DNA of 58,027 nt, counting the filler, from Sphacelaria rigidula (Eukaryota), in assembly GCA_964200075.2 (NCBI GenBank). It is 4 parts of 4 records of this genome, joined end to end, with 100 filler letters (N's around TTAATTAATTAA, not from the genome) between each part and the next. Parts side by side here need not be neighbours in the genome. Positions count along the whole stretch, not along the records: positions 14,535 to 28,967 come from CAXNAA020002249.1; positions 29,068 to 43,497 come from CAXNAA020002250.1; 2 more parts are not named here. One strand, 5' to 3'. Positions 25,901 through 38,589 of the stretch are shown one piece after another (position 1 is the first letter of the stretch; every line of letters begins with the position of its first letter). The translations under genes and the position numbers were made by a program. The notes beneath the pieces were generated by a model. That model made no database searches and was not told where the DNA came from. It saw only the letters and a program-made list of their open reading frames with translations.

Positions 25901-27099
25901 TACACATGTTAACAGTATGTTGGCAAAGCAGCCTTTGGTCAGTCCTTCACATATATATACGTGGTCAATGGTTGCAATAGACAATGTACTGCATCAAGTA
26001 TAGGTTCTATTACTACCATTGTCGGTCGACAATGGTTGTAATAGAACCTATACTTGATGCAGTACATTGTCTATTGCAACCATTGACCATATATTGCCCA
26101 GGGTGTGCAATCCTCCACGGCATCTACCGACACATCCGACAAGGCTGGATGCCAGTGCTATCGTAGAGATGCCGTCGCGGTCGACAGGACGATGATCTAC
26201 ACCACCCAGGACTGCCAGGATCATCCCGGCAACAGCCTCAGGCGTACTTAGCTTGAAGAGTCGGACGAGGCTTGCGGGCGACAATGGTACGGAGTATGAC
26301 CTATTCCAAAATCACGGTGCGCCAAGCTTATCCACCACCAAAAAAGACAGTTCCGACAACATCGGGAAATGAAACTAGCAAGGTGTGGGGAGGGCGTACT
26401 CATTTGTCGCTTGCCATGGTTCATTTGACTATGACCACGCATCCCTCCCGAGACGGCGTACCGTTCCTAGTCCTCACAGAGACACCTCCAACATTTCGGC
26501 GGCCATTACCTTTTCCCCATACACTACTCGTATAACACACAAGAAGAACCTTCTACATATCTTATCTCCTTCCTGTTTCGTCGTCTATGGCTGGCCACCC
26601 ATCTCCTGTTAGTATATCGACCGTCTTCCCGCCACCATATAACGTACCACACGATTCCATACCAAATCCATCTAGTTCCCTCATCCCCCCGCCCTCTTGA
26701 CATGTCTCTATCCTCCTTGCATAGTTCCCATTCTCCCACTTCATGAGGGGGGCGTAATCATTTGTTCCTCGCCGTATAATAGTCGTTTGGCCATTGACCA
26801 CGCATCTCTTTCGAGGCGCGGCACTATGTGAAGGTGTACTCGTAATATTGATCTTGCATGTCGCAGTCATGAATACACCCTCATAGCACTGTATGACGAG
26901 GGAGAGATGATAAACGCGAAAAAAACAATCTCACCCAACAAGTTTTGCATACACCGATAGCGTCGCACTTGTTGTCCGTCGCCTCGTAATTTTGACACGT
27001 GTCGAACGGCACTGGGTTGTTGCTGGCGTACTCGTAGGTCCCCGTGTGAGAGCCTCCGTAGCAGGAGCCGGCAACGTCCGTGGCGCAGTTCAGGATCGT
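17332..27099 (-). CDS. Cathepsin Z/X-like papain-family (C1A) cysteine protease, 3' part; 5' exons with the catalytic Cys are not in this piece
   Basis: Phase-consistent exons: 27099-26935 (TILNCATDVAGSCYGG...FDTCQNYEATDNKCDAIGVCKTCW), 25504-25349 (...VAEYGTVSGEDDMMAEIFARGPIACEIDATPLHDYT), 22782-22694 (GGVLDIPEIPADTDHIVAIAGWGETKDGVP, catalytic His), 19521-19369 (FWLVRNSWGEYWGEGGWFRL...ESNCAWAVP, catalytic Asn), and a probable last exon 17578-17332. The MMAEIxARGPI, TCxNYxA and ESxCxWAVP motifs are typical of cathepsin Z. Confidence 0.9.
18267..19216. mobile_element. TIR-bounded element (CACACCCTGGACAA family)
   Basis: Perfect 18-bp IR ttccacaccctggacaat / attgtccagggtgtggaa. Related ends at ~26090-26107 and ~27953-28087. 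Confidence 0.55.
19369..19521 (-). CDS. Cathepsin Z-like exon with catalytic Asn (WLVRNSWGEYWGE)
   Basis: tgtag|GTTCTGG. Donor CCCAG|gtttgt at 19369, or read-through to TGA at 19326. Confidence 0.9.
19780..19930. repeat. Compound (ATT)n/(ACT)n microsatellite
   Basis: Directly visible. Confidence 0.95.
21055..21390 (+). mobile_element. Second copy of the telomere-tract element family (cathepsin intron)
   Basis: Core similar to 49460-49821. End aagtggtaaactatactg. Flanks TCACAGGC/TCACATAC (6/8 match). Confidence 0.8.
21548..22071. mobile_element. Stowaway-like (Tc1/mariner) foldback MITE, TA target
   Basis: TA|CTTCCTCTGTCCC ... GGGACAGAGGAAG|TA; arms complementary over more than 200 bp; sits at the end of a (TA)n run. 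Confidence 0.85.
22295..22500 (+). repeat. Partial fourth copy of the telomere-tract element core
   Basis: aaccctaacccc...ccctcgggcaaggggg...aaagtgtgcgttg...gatttcgacaaaaacgc shared with 21115-21300. Confidence 0.75.
22694..22782 (-). CDS. Cathepsin Z-like exon with catalytic His (DHIVAIAGWG)
   Basis: ttccag|GGAGGT...GTGCC|gtgagt; 89 nt, phase 0/2. Confidence 0.9.
25349..25504 (-). CDS. Cathepsin Z-like exon (MMAEIFARGPI)
   Basis: cgcag|AGCTTT...TACACG|gtaagc; 156 nt, phase 0/0. Confidence 0.9.
25630..25720. repeat. Dispersed short repeat beginning with a G-run (copies also at ~17622-17720 and ~31115-31210)
   Basis: ggggg(t/a)actc(a/g)tgatct...tgac(c/t)tcgcatccc shared by the three copies. 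Confidence 0.7.
25962..26089. repeat. Near-perfect 63-bp-arm hairpin in cathepsin intron
   Basis: 25962-26024 is the reverse complement of 26027-26089 with one mismatch; 2-nt loop. Confidence 0.92.
26935..27099 (-). CDS. Cathepsin Z-like exon (AGSCxGG region)
   Basis: ctag|ACGATCCTG...TGTTGG|gtgaga; 165 nt, phase 0/0. Confidence 0.88.
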
Positions 27100-28206
27100 C
27101 TAGTCGGAATGTCAGTTGATCGATGTAGAACGAACGCACGGAACAAAGGAAAGAGGAGTGAGACCGTGAACAAATTACACACCATTCCACGGTTGGGACA
27201 AATCATCGCCGGTTCGAATCACCAAATCCACGATTTTTCAGGCCTGATTGCTCGAAAGAGAGAAAAAAGAGTCGACAGATGGTCGAAAAAGTTCCCACGC
27301 GACTTTTGCGCCATTCCGCGTGCCTGGGCTGCGCGTACCTGGTGTGCAACGCTGGAAACAAAGCCCAAGGATTGATTCGTACGGTACGAATCAATCACAC
27401 TCAAATCAAGTAATTTCCACACGAATCATTTATTCGTCCGACCAGTGCACCATGCGGATCTATCGATGACAAGAAGATGTCAACCACACCGGATATATAC
27501 ACATTTAAATATAGGCAGTCTCAATCACTTGACAACAGTGTGGTGGGTCTCAATCCCTTGACGTTTTATAGCAGAAATGTCTCGTCCTTAGAATGCAACC
27601 CTCTAATCACTTGAAATCAGAGTACCTAGGGTTACCCGGAGTCAAATGGCTTGAAGTTACTATGGGAAAAATAATTGCTTGAACTCACTGTAGGCGGTCA
27701 CAATCATTCGACTACAGTGTGGGGCTCTGAATCCTATATAATAGCCGGAATGTGTTGGCTTTGGACTGCGAGACTTCAATTACTTGAGCTCAGAATACCC
27801 TGAGCCAAATGATTTGAAGTTAGTATGAGCACTTGGCTTTAGTATGTATGGGTGGTCTATATACATCACACACTGAACAAAAGATCACAGTGTCAAAAAG
27901 TGTACTGCGTACAGTATAGAGCTTATTGTCTATTGCAATGGACACTATCGATCACACCCTGGACAAAAAGATCACATCATCCAAAGGTGTACTGCGTACA
28001 GTATCGACCAGAGTGTTTATTCAGTCGATATTGTACGCAGTACATTTTTTCGACAACCCAATATCTCGTCATTATCCAGCGTGTGATATATATGCACCAC
28101 GGGTGTGTTCGAGAATCAAAACAAACCCGTGGTATCCTTCGCCCAGTTCAGCATCCTTTGGGAACGTACGGAAAGCGTGCTCTCTTTCACCACGATCAAC
28201 CATTAA

Positions 28207-28427
28207 CCCTTTTGGAACCGTTGATGGAAAAATGAAGATTTACAATTGACGATTTCGTGGGCAAGATGTTCCTGTTTTCCCGCAAATATCGATGATGCAG
28301 CCCACCAAACCGGTGCATGAAGTATACCAATGTGACAGATTCGTGCACCGAACTCCAAGTGACGATTTTCCAGTGACGAAAGTTCGCATATGAGAGTTTG
28401 TACTGTTTTCCGCGAGTTCCGAAAAGG
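28207..28427. mobile_element. piggyBac-like MITE
   Basis: TTAA|CCCTTTTGGAAC ... GTTCCGAAAAGG|TTAA. Confidence 0.65.
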
Positions 28428-28967
28428 TTAACATGCTTCGGGGAACACGTACGCGTGGGAGACCCAAGACACACAAATCACACAGGAAAAAAACTACCCA
28501 AGACACTCACTCGAATTACGGTGACGGAGCAGTTGCCGTGTTGTACTTCCTCTGTCTCTCAAGTCCGTGTAGTTATGGGCGTTTGATCGTTTGGGTTTTT
28601 CAACGCTGACAATCATCCTACAGTTGGGTTCGTTAGAGAGATAACGCGCAGATGAAGCTGACTAAAAAATAAAAGAGAAAAAAAACTTGTTTTCAATGCT
28701 AATTTCAGGTCAAAATATACTCCATTTTGGCCCTTTTTGGTCCACTTATACCCCAATGTTGACTGATTTTGGACATTTTTCCGTCGAGCAGTAGCGATCA
28801 CATGCTGAAAAATTGTTTGATAAGGCGTGCGTAGGTTAACGTCACGGAGATATCCAAATCAGTGGTGATTTTGCGGTTTTGACACTTTTTTCACGATTTT
28901 TCGCGATTTCCGGGCCTGCTATGCTTTACTGGGGAAAACAGCGAAAAATGGCCATATTTTGACCGAC

Positions 28968-29067
28968 NNNNNNNNNNNNNNNNNNNNNNNNNNNNNNNNN
29001 NNNNNNNNNNNTTAATTAATTAANNNNNNNNNNNNNNNNNNNNNNNNNNNNNNNNNNNNNNNNNNNN
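28968..29067. other. Artificial 100-nt joining spacer
   Basis: Identical N44-TTAATTAATTAA-N44 structure. Confidence 0.97.
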
Positions 29068-29248
29068 TTTTATTTTTTATCGCGAGAGGGGTTCAGTGGT
29101 CCCTTTCCCTCGTCGACCGTTAAGTCGAATTTTGTGTACCCACGACAAAGTCGCTCTCCACTGTTGGGTATGGTGTGAGAAAAATCCTAGATCACTCTGA
29201 GATTTGAACCCACGACCCAACCGTCAGAGGGTTTCGAGGTTACCAACT
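29068..29248 (-). mobile_element. Truncated second copy of the same SINE
   Basis: Aligns by eye to 15076-15253; B box retained, head cut off. Confidence 0.75.
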
Positions 29249-31531
29249 ACAGTACTGTACAGTAAAAGAGCGGGGGGGCTGAGGTTGGATCCGGTTTAAG
29301 AGAAACCAGGGTTCGGTTCAAGAGAGTGGGGTGCCAAGCTTTTTTTTACCTCTCTTAAACCGGCAATTCTCTTAAACTGAGCTCTCTTAAACCGTGACCC
29401 CCACTGTACTCACTTTGGAACTGTTTTTTCACGATTCGATAAGGCACGGCCCTAACGCCAGATGATGTGCCACAGATCAACCCCAGCGGAACCACTGGAA
29501 ACATATACCAAGCACTGCCTTGGATACACCCCATGCATGGACCAGGAGCTAAAGACCACCGGATATACCTTATGTTGCCATTATGGGCAGTACCCGCAAA
29601 CGGTCAGCTATAGCGTCGGGGTTACCGGCGTTAGAGAACCACTGGCGATATTGCTATATTGTTCCGAAAAGAGGTCTAAACCGCAAGTGGTTCCTGCAAG
29701 AACCGCATAGCCCATGAGGCCTTCGAATCCATTTTAACTCGGTACTTCCTGGGACCACCTGATATATGAAATCAAGGCATCATCACAGCCTTCTCGCCAT
29801 ACTTGCGCATTACCTTCTTTGGTGCTTACAAATCAGGCATACCAACCCCTGCTACGGCCGGTAGGGTTGTACTCCAGGCAAACCTCATGAGATCTCGTGC
29901 TGCGCAGAGATTTTTTGAACCTCATGAAGGAGCCGCAAACAAGACTCACTTCCTCGTATCCCTGCTTTGCGTCCACCAAGAAATCACGCCAAGCACAATC
30001 CCTGCCTTTGATCAGAAGAGATATTCGTATCTCGTCTCCAGCGGATTGCCCTTCACGCGTACTGCTGCTGCTTTGTTGATGATGCGGCCAAGTTGATGCC
30101 GTCGCAGCCGGTACCTACGCAAGGGAGTAGGTTATTTTCCAATCTTGTCTCACATCCGCAGCTCAACGGGTGCATCATGGATAACGACCACAAAGGATGC
30201 GTCGACCAAGTGAAAAACGAAACGTACTTTGATGAAAGATCAGCCCACGTCATCACCGAAATTGATCAAACAGCCCACGAGGCTTCTCCGCCGCAATCTT
30301 TGACATATCCTTGGACCCCACTTCCTCTTCCGCCAAACATCAAGAAAGACACGGTAGTAAGCAGCAACCATGAGCGGATCAACCATGTCCTCCACTTCGG
30401 ACTTCGGAGATGCCGAGGTAAGGATTGTGATCAACGACGTAACCTGTTTCGCATTACTTGTACAACAACAGAATAATTGTACACAGCCAGTATAGCAGGT
30501 ACGTACAGGGACATGTCCTGCATGTCGCCATCGGCGGAAGTCTTGCGATCTCTGATTTTTCTCTGTCCGTTTTGATTCATGCGAACGTGGGAACGCCCCC
30601 TGTCTTTTGCGTTGAGCTTGAAGATAGTAGCGATGCCTTCCCACGATGCCAGTAAATGCTGTGTAAAGGGAGGGAAGGGCAGCGATGCATATGCCACCGT
30701 GTTGCCGCGACTACTTTCGTATTTGTACGTAAGGTTGCTCATGAGATCTTTCGGACGACGTCGCCGCCGCCTGTGGTGGGCGCCGCTCATCTCTAATGCT
30801 TTTGGTCGGCGCGCGCACCCTGAGCCGTGTGTCGAAACACTGTACTATCGTGGTGCTTCTTGCGTTGTACTGCGGCCACGAGAGTGTAATTGAAGTTGTG
30901 TGCTTGCTGCAGTCACACCTAAAGGACGGTTGTCATTCGAACGATCATGTCGCTCAGCCCTCTGCACCCAACACACGCGTGTCTCATGTTACCGTTCATG
31001 TTACGTCATATACGCGCACCGACCAACAAGTTTTGGGGGTCGTGCAACGACAGTAAATCTGTTGGGCATCATATCGGAAAATAGCGCAAAATGTATTCAT
31101 GCGGTGGGGAAGAGGGGGAGGGGGGGGGAAACTCGTGATCTCGTATACCGTAGTCATATGACCATTGACCTCGCATCCCTACAAAGCCGGGAAGGAGCAA
31201 GCCGGGATTTTGCCGAATCACGCTCACAATCAATCACCAAGCGCGAAGCGCCGTGATGTGTTCGGCGAGTTGCATGAAGACTGAGCTGCATCATGATGAG
31301 ATTGTTCGCCCCGAGGCGATTTTCTTGCGAGGGCGCGGGGGGCGCGTTGGTGGAGGACCCACGCAGATTTTCCCCGTTATTCGTCGCATTTTTCTGGGAT
31401 TTGTCCCTCCAGTCTGTATGATGATCTGTGAATCTCTTGTGTGTTGTCATCCGATCTATTCTGAACGCGGTTATACGGCTTTCGGTACATGTGGGCGCAC
31501 CAGCAGGGATCACACAGAAGGGAGGTCGACA

Positions 31532-31562
<31 letters not shown>

Positions 31563-31909
31563 GTTTCAGCGCCCCACCTGCCTTTCCCCGAAATAACATA
31601 TATGTCGTACCGGATATGTCGTACGGAAACCGGTATCGAATACATGTTGATACACTTCGGTATCGGTTTTAATAACAATACGTTCTACTACGATACGATA
31701 ATTCGGTGAGAGCTTCCACGGAGCCCGCAAAGGGGGTAACACGACACATACGAACACGCGAAACGCCTGCGGAAGACACGAGGCGACCACACACAGCACA
31801 CGGCACCGACACGAGGCAACAGACGAACAGATTCAACAATCACCTGGCGGTTTGACGCTGCCTGGTTGGGGCATGCGTATGAGTCTTTCTCACAGGCACC
31901 GTTGGTAAG

Positions 31910-32300
31910 GTACGTACCCGATACGGGTATTTGGGACATCTCGTACCCTACCGATACCGGTCCAATCGGGTATTCTCAAATGTCATGCCTACAATACCCA
32001 CGATGCCACGGTATTTCGAGATGCCAATACCTACCGTACCCGCTCGATCGGGTATTTTCAAAACTCGTACCCACGATACCCACGATACCACGGTATTTCG
32101 ATATTTCAATACCTACCGTACGCACCCAATCGGGTATTTTCAAATGCCGTACCCACGATACCTACGATGCCACGGTATTACGAGATTTCAATACCCACGG
32201 TATCCGCTCAATCGAATATTTTTTCAACTCATACCTACGATACCCACGCATCCGGTATGGGATAACCCGGTAAATACCGGGGGTATACCCGGTAATTGCC
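31910..32300. repeat. Degenerate ~78-bp tandem repeat block (GATACCYACGATACCACGGTATTTCG...)
   Basis: About 4 units; homologous block at 33310-33700. Confidence 0.85.
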
Positions 32301-33309
32301 GGACGCGATGCACTCCCAACGGTGCAGCAGCTGGTCCCAACTTACGCAAAGACCAGAAGTTGTCGGAGCAGGCACGCTTTGTTTCCACAAGTACTATATA
32401 CGCAGCTTCCCCCTGATTTTCGTGTTTGGACCATTCGGATGAACTTATCATTATGTAGTCTCAATCGCAGTCGATTTCTTTTCTCGATCTGATAGGTCCA
32501 CCGCATTTCTGTTCTCAGAAGGCTTCAACCCAAACATAAAATTAGTGACGCGCGGAGCAAAACTACAAAACAGTACAGCTGAGCTTTTTCGATCGAAAAC
32601 ATACGGGCAAAAGGCACGAAGCGGCACTTGACTCCTATCTTCCAGACCACCATGCCAGATGACACCCGTGCACAGAATCATGCAAACTCCACACAGCTCA
32701 TTCTCAGCTATAACTGCAACCCTGCAGCATCAAGTACGAGTCGAGCACAGGGATATATACACTGCAGTAGTTTGGTATGCTTCGTTTATTTCCTGTTGGC
32801 GAAAACTCGCGCATCTTTTTCAGGGTAAGACCAGCGACGGAACTGCGTAGTACGGTGGGCAACCGAGCTGGGTACATGCTCGTGAACATTGCAGGCAGTA
32901 TAAAGCTGGACGTTGTCCAAGTCCTTTTCACGTCGCATTGTAAGCAGGCAGAACTGATAGTCCTGGGCTGTCCGCATTGCACGTTGCCCGCCTCTCTTCA
33001 ACATCATTCTACTATACAAAACACGCACACACGCGCTCAAGACACACTGCTTGCAAGCAGTGCAGACAGTTCGCACAGTCTGTTCGGTACACGAGTGACC
33101 ATGTACCGTTTCACTAATTTCACTGTCGTTTTTCGATCGAAAGCTAAAAAAATTGCTTGGACCCAACTCGACAAAAATGAGCGTTTTTTCGCTCAAATTA
33201 ATTCCACCGCACCATTTTTTCGATCGAAAAGATAGGTTCCAAGACACGCCCTGAAACGCTTCTCCGCACTGCCGGATGACAGTTTTGAAGTCGAAATAGA
33301 GAGTAAGGC

Positions 33310-33700
33310 AGGTACCGGGTACTGGTATTTCGGACATCTCATATCCTACCGATACCGACCCAATCGGATATTTTCAGATGTCATACCTACGGTACCTACA
33401 ATACCTACGATCCCACGGTATTTCGAGATACCAGTACCTCCCGTACCTGCCCAATCGGGGTTTTTCAAATGCCGCACCTACGATACCTACGATACCACGG
33501 TATTTCGACACACCAGTACCTACCGTACCCGCTCAATCAGGTATTCTCAGAACTCATACCTACGATACCTCCGATACCACCGTATTGCGATATTTCAACA
33601 CCTGCCGTACCCGCTCAATCAGGTATTTTCAAAACTCATACCTATGATACCCACGCATACCACGGTATGGGAAATCGGTAAATACCGGGGGTACGCTCGG
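33310..33700. repeat. Second block of the same ~78-bp tandem repeat
   Basis: Same start (ggtac...gggta...ggacatctc), same units and same end (gtaaataccgggggta). Confidence 0.85.
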
Positions 33701-33909
33701 AAAGGTACCTTATCTACGGTTCCCGTGGAGTCTTTCTACGATAGCCCCCCCCCAAAAAGCAGCCCAAAATGTCACGAAGAAAACGGTTATACAGAGCCTG
33801 ATGTTTGGGTTCAGGCTGCATGAAGCGCCTCATATGGGCGACTTTGGCGAAAACGAACCCAAGAAAGGGAATTCCCAGCTACTCATCGTGCTCGTTTTTT
33901 GAGGGCTCT

Positions 33910-34145
33910 TTGTGTTACACGTCACACGTTCGTTACACGTCACAAACGTCATGTCACAACGGTGTGACGTGACGTGACGTGACTCATTGTATTCCCAGAC
34001 GTCACAAATGTGACATGACGTGACGTGACGTGACGTGACGTATTATTATTGAGACGTCACATCAACGTGTTTTGGCACGTTTCTTGTGACGTGTAACGTT
34101 ACACATTTGTGACGTCGAAATGAACGTCACAAACGTCACACGCTT
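33910..34145. repeat. (GTGAC)n / GTCAC-rich repeat, partial copy at 34680-34740
   Basis: gtgacgtgacgtgac tracts and repeated acgttacacgtcacaaacgtca. Confidence 0.8.
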
Positions 34146-37100
34146 AACTTATACCACAATTAGTGTGAGATTCGTGGGCACATGCATGAATATATGACAT
34201 GATATGATACATGGGTCCAAGGAGAGTGTGCACACGTCATTACAACACGCACACGGTGTAAGCGCACGTTCAGTGCCACAGCATGCTCCGCCGCACCACA
34301 TCCAACCATAGAACACGTGGATATCTGCTAACGTACAAGTGAATATCGACAATCCGCAAGTACGACTTTCGAATTTCGAATTTCGAACTTCGGTAGCATA
34401 GACAGGGCGGGAGCGACGTGTGAAGTAACAAGTAACAAGCGACGAGATACGGTAACGATGAGCGTAGCGCAGGGTGCCCCTTCAGAGTATGGCACAACAG
34501 AGAGAGAGGGTGCTGCAGGACAGGGTAGTGCAGCAGAGGGGACTGCTTGACCAGGGGGGGTCTCAGCAGCAGGGGGGGGGCGCAGCCTCTGGCCGCTCTG
34601 CGTCGTCACGTGCCGCGCCTTCACGCGGCTACTCTAAGTCCTCACCTACACCATAAGCATCTGGGTGGTTGAGGTCCTTGCGTAACGTTACACGTCACAA
34701 ACGTCACGTCATAACGGTGTGACGTACCGTGACGTATTTTTACTCCTTGGCGTCACTACGATAGTAGCAAAATATGAAAAACGAACTTGTGACCTCGTTG
34801 ACAAACTCGGTTGCTCTACTGTTGTTCTGTAGTTTTGTTCTTGATTCATTTGGTTCTGCCTTGATCTCTTTTGTTATCGTCTGATGTTGTTTCGTTGTTC
34901 TGTTTCTCTGCTGTGTTTGTCACGGTGACAAGCTGGATATCTCTCTTACATCCAGCTAGGACTATCTTCGTGAATGGGGCAGATCAATATCGAGTGTCAA
35001 CTCACACTCTATGTTCATGCAGCAGGTTTTCATACCTATTAAATCAGATACGAAGCTTGTTCGCACTTCACGAACTTGACGATTCTCGTTCCTAGCTTTC
35101 ACCCGTAATCACCAAAAAAGCCAATGTAGCGGTTGATGCTGAACGTCTAAGCAGAGAGTTGCAGAGGTATGCGAGGGCAACACCTGGTCGAACCTCTAGA
35201 GCCGCGAGGCGTTGCTGCCTCCCGGGAACTGGGGAAACACAAGTCTAACCTGTATGCCAACCTACCCCTGGAGCCATGGAAGATTCCGAGTACCTATTCT
35301 TGTACAGGAAGGTCTTGGATTTGTGCAATTCTCGTGACCTGCGATTCTGGGAAGGAGATGCTGCAAACGCCCCTCCACCTCATGACACTAGCCGCCCACA
35401 CGAGCCTTCATTACAGTTGCCATGAGGAATCTGACAGCAACGAAAATTGAGGCTTCTCTACACTCGTGAAGTCGTGAGCGGAGAAGAGGTGAACAAAAAG
35501 AGACACCCGACCCTGAAAGAAAAACTGGAACTACAATCATCAAAAGGGTAATGGCCGACTCCTTGCCCAATCCTCCCATACCTCGAACAAGAACAGCAAA
35601 AGTTGTTTCCAAGAAGCGCAATCAAGCCCCCTGTTGCCTATCAACACGATTTTCCGTAACGATGGCACGCCTAGCATTCACGGCCGTTCCGTTGACCGCG
35701 CTCATGGAATCACCATGAGGGTCGAGATGAGGACTGGGGGGCGGAAGACGAGGCAAACGCCTGTGGCACAGCCGAAGTTGTCGACCGAAGACGCGTAGCG
35801 TCATGCTTCTGACTTTTTGTCGAAGGAGCTCAAACAGCTGGGGCAGAGACGAATTGTGCTGCTGTGGGATCAGACCCGACACGAGGAGCGTGCATACGCT
35901 CGACTGACTGTGTGTCATAGAACGGGGTACCTCGAAAGGTGCAGCCGCGGTGACACCATCCCTGACAACTGGAGCGCGGCGTGCTGAACCGAGAATATCA
36001 GGGGTCTTGAACGGAAGGCGCCCCCCGACACCAAAAGGTGCAGCCACGGTGGAATAATCCCGAATACCAGGAGCGCAGCGCGCTGAACAGAGTATGGGAG
36101 AGGTCTTGGACTGAATGGTACCTTTGATACCAGAAACGGGGCGCTGCGGTCTGTGGATCTCAAGGGGGTAAGCCGCAGGCACAGTAGTCTTGTGTTCTTC
36201 GTATGTGGTAGGGATATGAAGAGATGGTTTAATAGTACCCTGTTGAAGAGAAGATCTACGGTATACAGGCTCGCGGATGGTGGGAGGTGGAAAGAGAAGT
36301 GGTTACACCGGGTTGTGCCATAGTGATTCAGAAAGGGAGGATAAGACGGCGCTTAAACGCTAATGAAGTACCGAGGCGGACAATAGGATCAAATATTACG
36401 GTGGTTTCGCCTGCAAAAGTAGAAACGGTACACGTCACCACAAGAGGAAACATTCGAGTGCCACGGTGTGCGAACTAGATGGAAGAAGAAATTTCGAGGA
36501 AACAAGAAAGGTGTGTGCTCTGTTGGAATCGGTTTTGTTGAAAAAGACGGTGCGGGACGACGCGGGAAAAACTGGGCCGCGGCGCGCGAAACGTAGGTGG
36601 CAGCAAAACGTGTGCCGTCAAATGGGAAGTATAGGGGTAAAATCAGAAAAAATATATCGTGCACAACACCTGCGTAAGGATGCAGCAAGTAACGCGTGCG
36701 ATGGGAAAAAAAAAACACCGTAGAAAACGACAAGCAAATTGCGAGAATATTGTAGGTATGAGTTTACTCAGAAAGATGGGGGTGCGTGACTGTGTTTGTG
36801 ACATTACAGAGGAAGCACGGTCGATATATGTAATGTGTAGGGCGCAAAGAGAAGAGTGCCGCACCCTTACACACGCAAGTAGCAACGAAAACAAGTGGGA
36901 CAAAAACTGTCTCAAAAGCATCGATGTAATGTGGGTACGACGAGTATGACGGGGCTACCGCAAAAATAAATAGGATGCGTCTCGTACGGAGCGGGACAAG
37001 GCAACACTGTCGTAGTGTGAAGTGCTGACTAGGTGCAACAACTGTGCACAGCCTCAGGGGAAGAAAAAGCGGTAGTCTCGAGGAAAGGGCCCAACGCGGG

Positions 37101-38589
37101 TGCTCAGCGATCAGTGCTACCTGTGACGGTAAATGACCGCGTGCGTTAATTAAACTAATACCCTGGATGTGACGATGGTTCCCAGACGATGATCGGATAG
37201 TAAGAAGATAATTCTAGTCGAATGTGTGCTTGTAAAGTAGAAATTGGATAGGTAGATGGTTGACTGGGGAATATATGGAGAAGGTTGATTAAGCGGCGCC
37301 GCCGACGTAGATACATGTCGATCAGGTAGGAGATGGGAGATCAGTCGGCACATGATTGACTGTATAGGCACGTTGCTGCAGAAGCTTTGATTGACCAACA
37401 GCGCAACGCGTCAGGCTGACTTGGTTTTATGGCAAACGTTGCGTCCAACCCCCCGATATTTACACCCATGTTGCATCGATCTCACATACTGGTCAGTACG
37501 ATGAAATTCCGTCTGTACACACGCCCGATACGAACCGAACCGACGTGGGGGGTTCGCAACCACCGACGGGCCCTGATATTCCTCCGATATCGGTGGACGC
37601 ACAACATGGCCATATTTTCCCGACCTCCTTTGTGTGTGCAAGTACGAAGCCCAGATCCCTGATCAACCTCTTGATTTCCATGCTGCCCATACTACGTACT
37701 TGTTCAGGTACACAAATAATGTCTGATGTCGAACGCTCGCCGGAAACACCTGACCAAGGTGCGGTCAGGGACGGTGCGAACTCGTCGGACAGGGGTGAAT
37801 GTAGGGTCGACTCGGTTCCCAGGTCTATAATAGTGACAGTATCGATCACAACGTACAGAAGATGGGTCCAGATGACTTCGTTGACCACGGCCATGCTTCC
37901 GTGGAAGCAACCGTGGACATGGATATGGAAATCAATCTCCCTCTGGCTTCCGCCCCCGTGACAACTGAAAACAGTGACACTCTCCACCAGTCAGCCACTG
38001 CAGGCAGTGACGAATTTTCGGTATCTCTTCCCGACCCCGCATCTCCCCCCCATGGGTCTTGATGCCGAAGGAACCCTCATTGTTGTTGTTGTTGTTGTTA
38101 TTGTTGTCGTCGTCGTCGTCACATTAAAAACCGTTTCGATATCTACGCGGTACATTCGTACTAGGCATCTGATGCGGACGCCTTCCGTGGTCACAGGCTA
38201 GCTACCTATAATAAGGTATGGGGAAATGGAAAAAAAAAGCGACCCAGAAAAAATCTCACAAACACGATACAAGCGAAACAGGAATAAAGAATAAAGAAGA
38301 ACGAGAGTAAATAGGACTAACCTCAAAAGATGTGGTGCCGCAGGTGGCTATCCGGACTTCAGGGGTTGGCGCCCGACTTTCCAACTCGACGCGCGGGGCC
38401 AAGTAGAAATGAACATAGGGTGCAACTACGGGCAAAGCTCAAGGCCCAAACACCACCGATAAAAAAACTGAGAAGGTTCTATCCTACGACCTCTCGAGGG
38501 ACAGCCATAAGTACAAGCATACTAGACATATCAAGACAAGCACCACATGACGTAACGACACCCCTTATCGAGGGGGTTCACCGTCAGCA

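Noticed and set aside
29260-29406. pogo/Tc1-like MITE (TA|CAGT...ACTG|TA)
   Set aside because: Internal ggtttaagag / ctcttaaacc motifs are inverted, but the terminal match is too short to call.
31910-33700. CRISPR-like array
   Set aside because: Units are degenerate along their whole length with no unique spacers; no cas genes; eukaryotic context.
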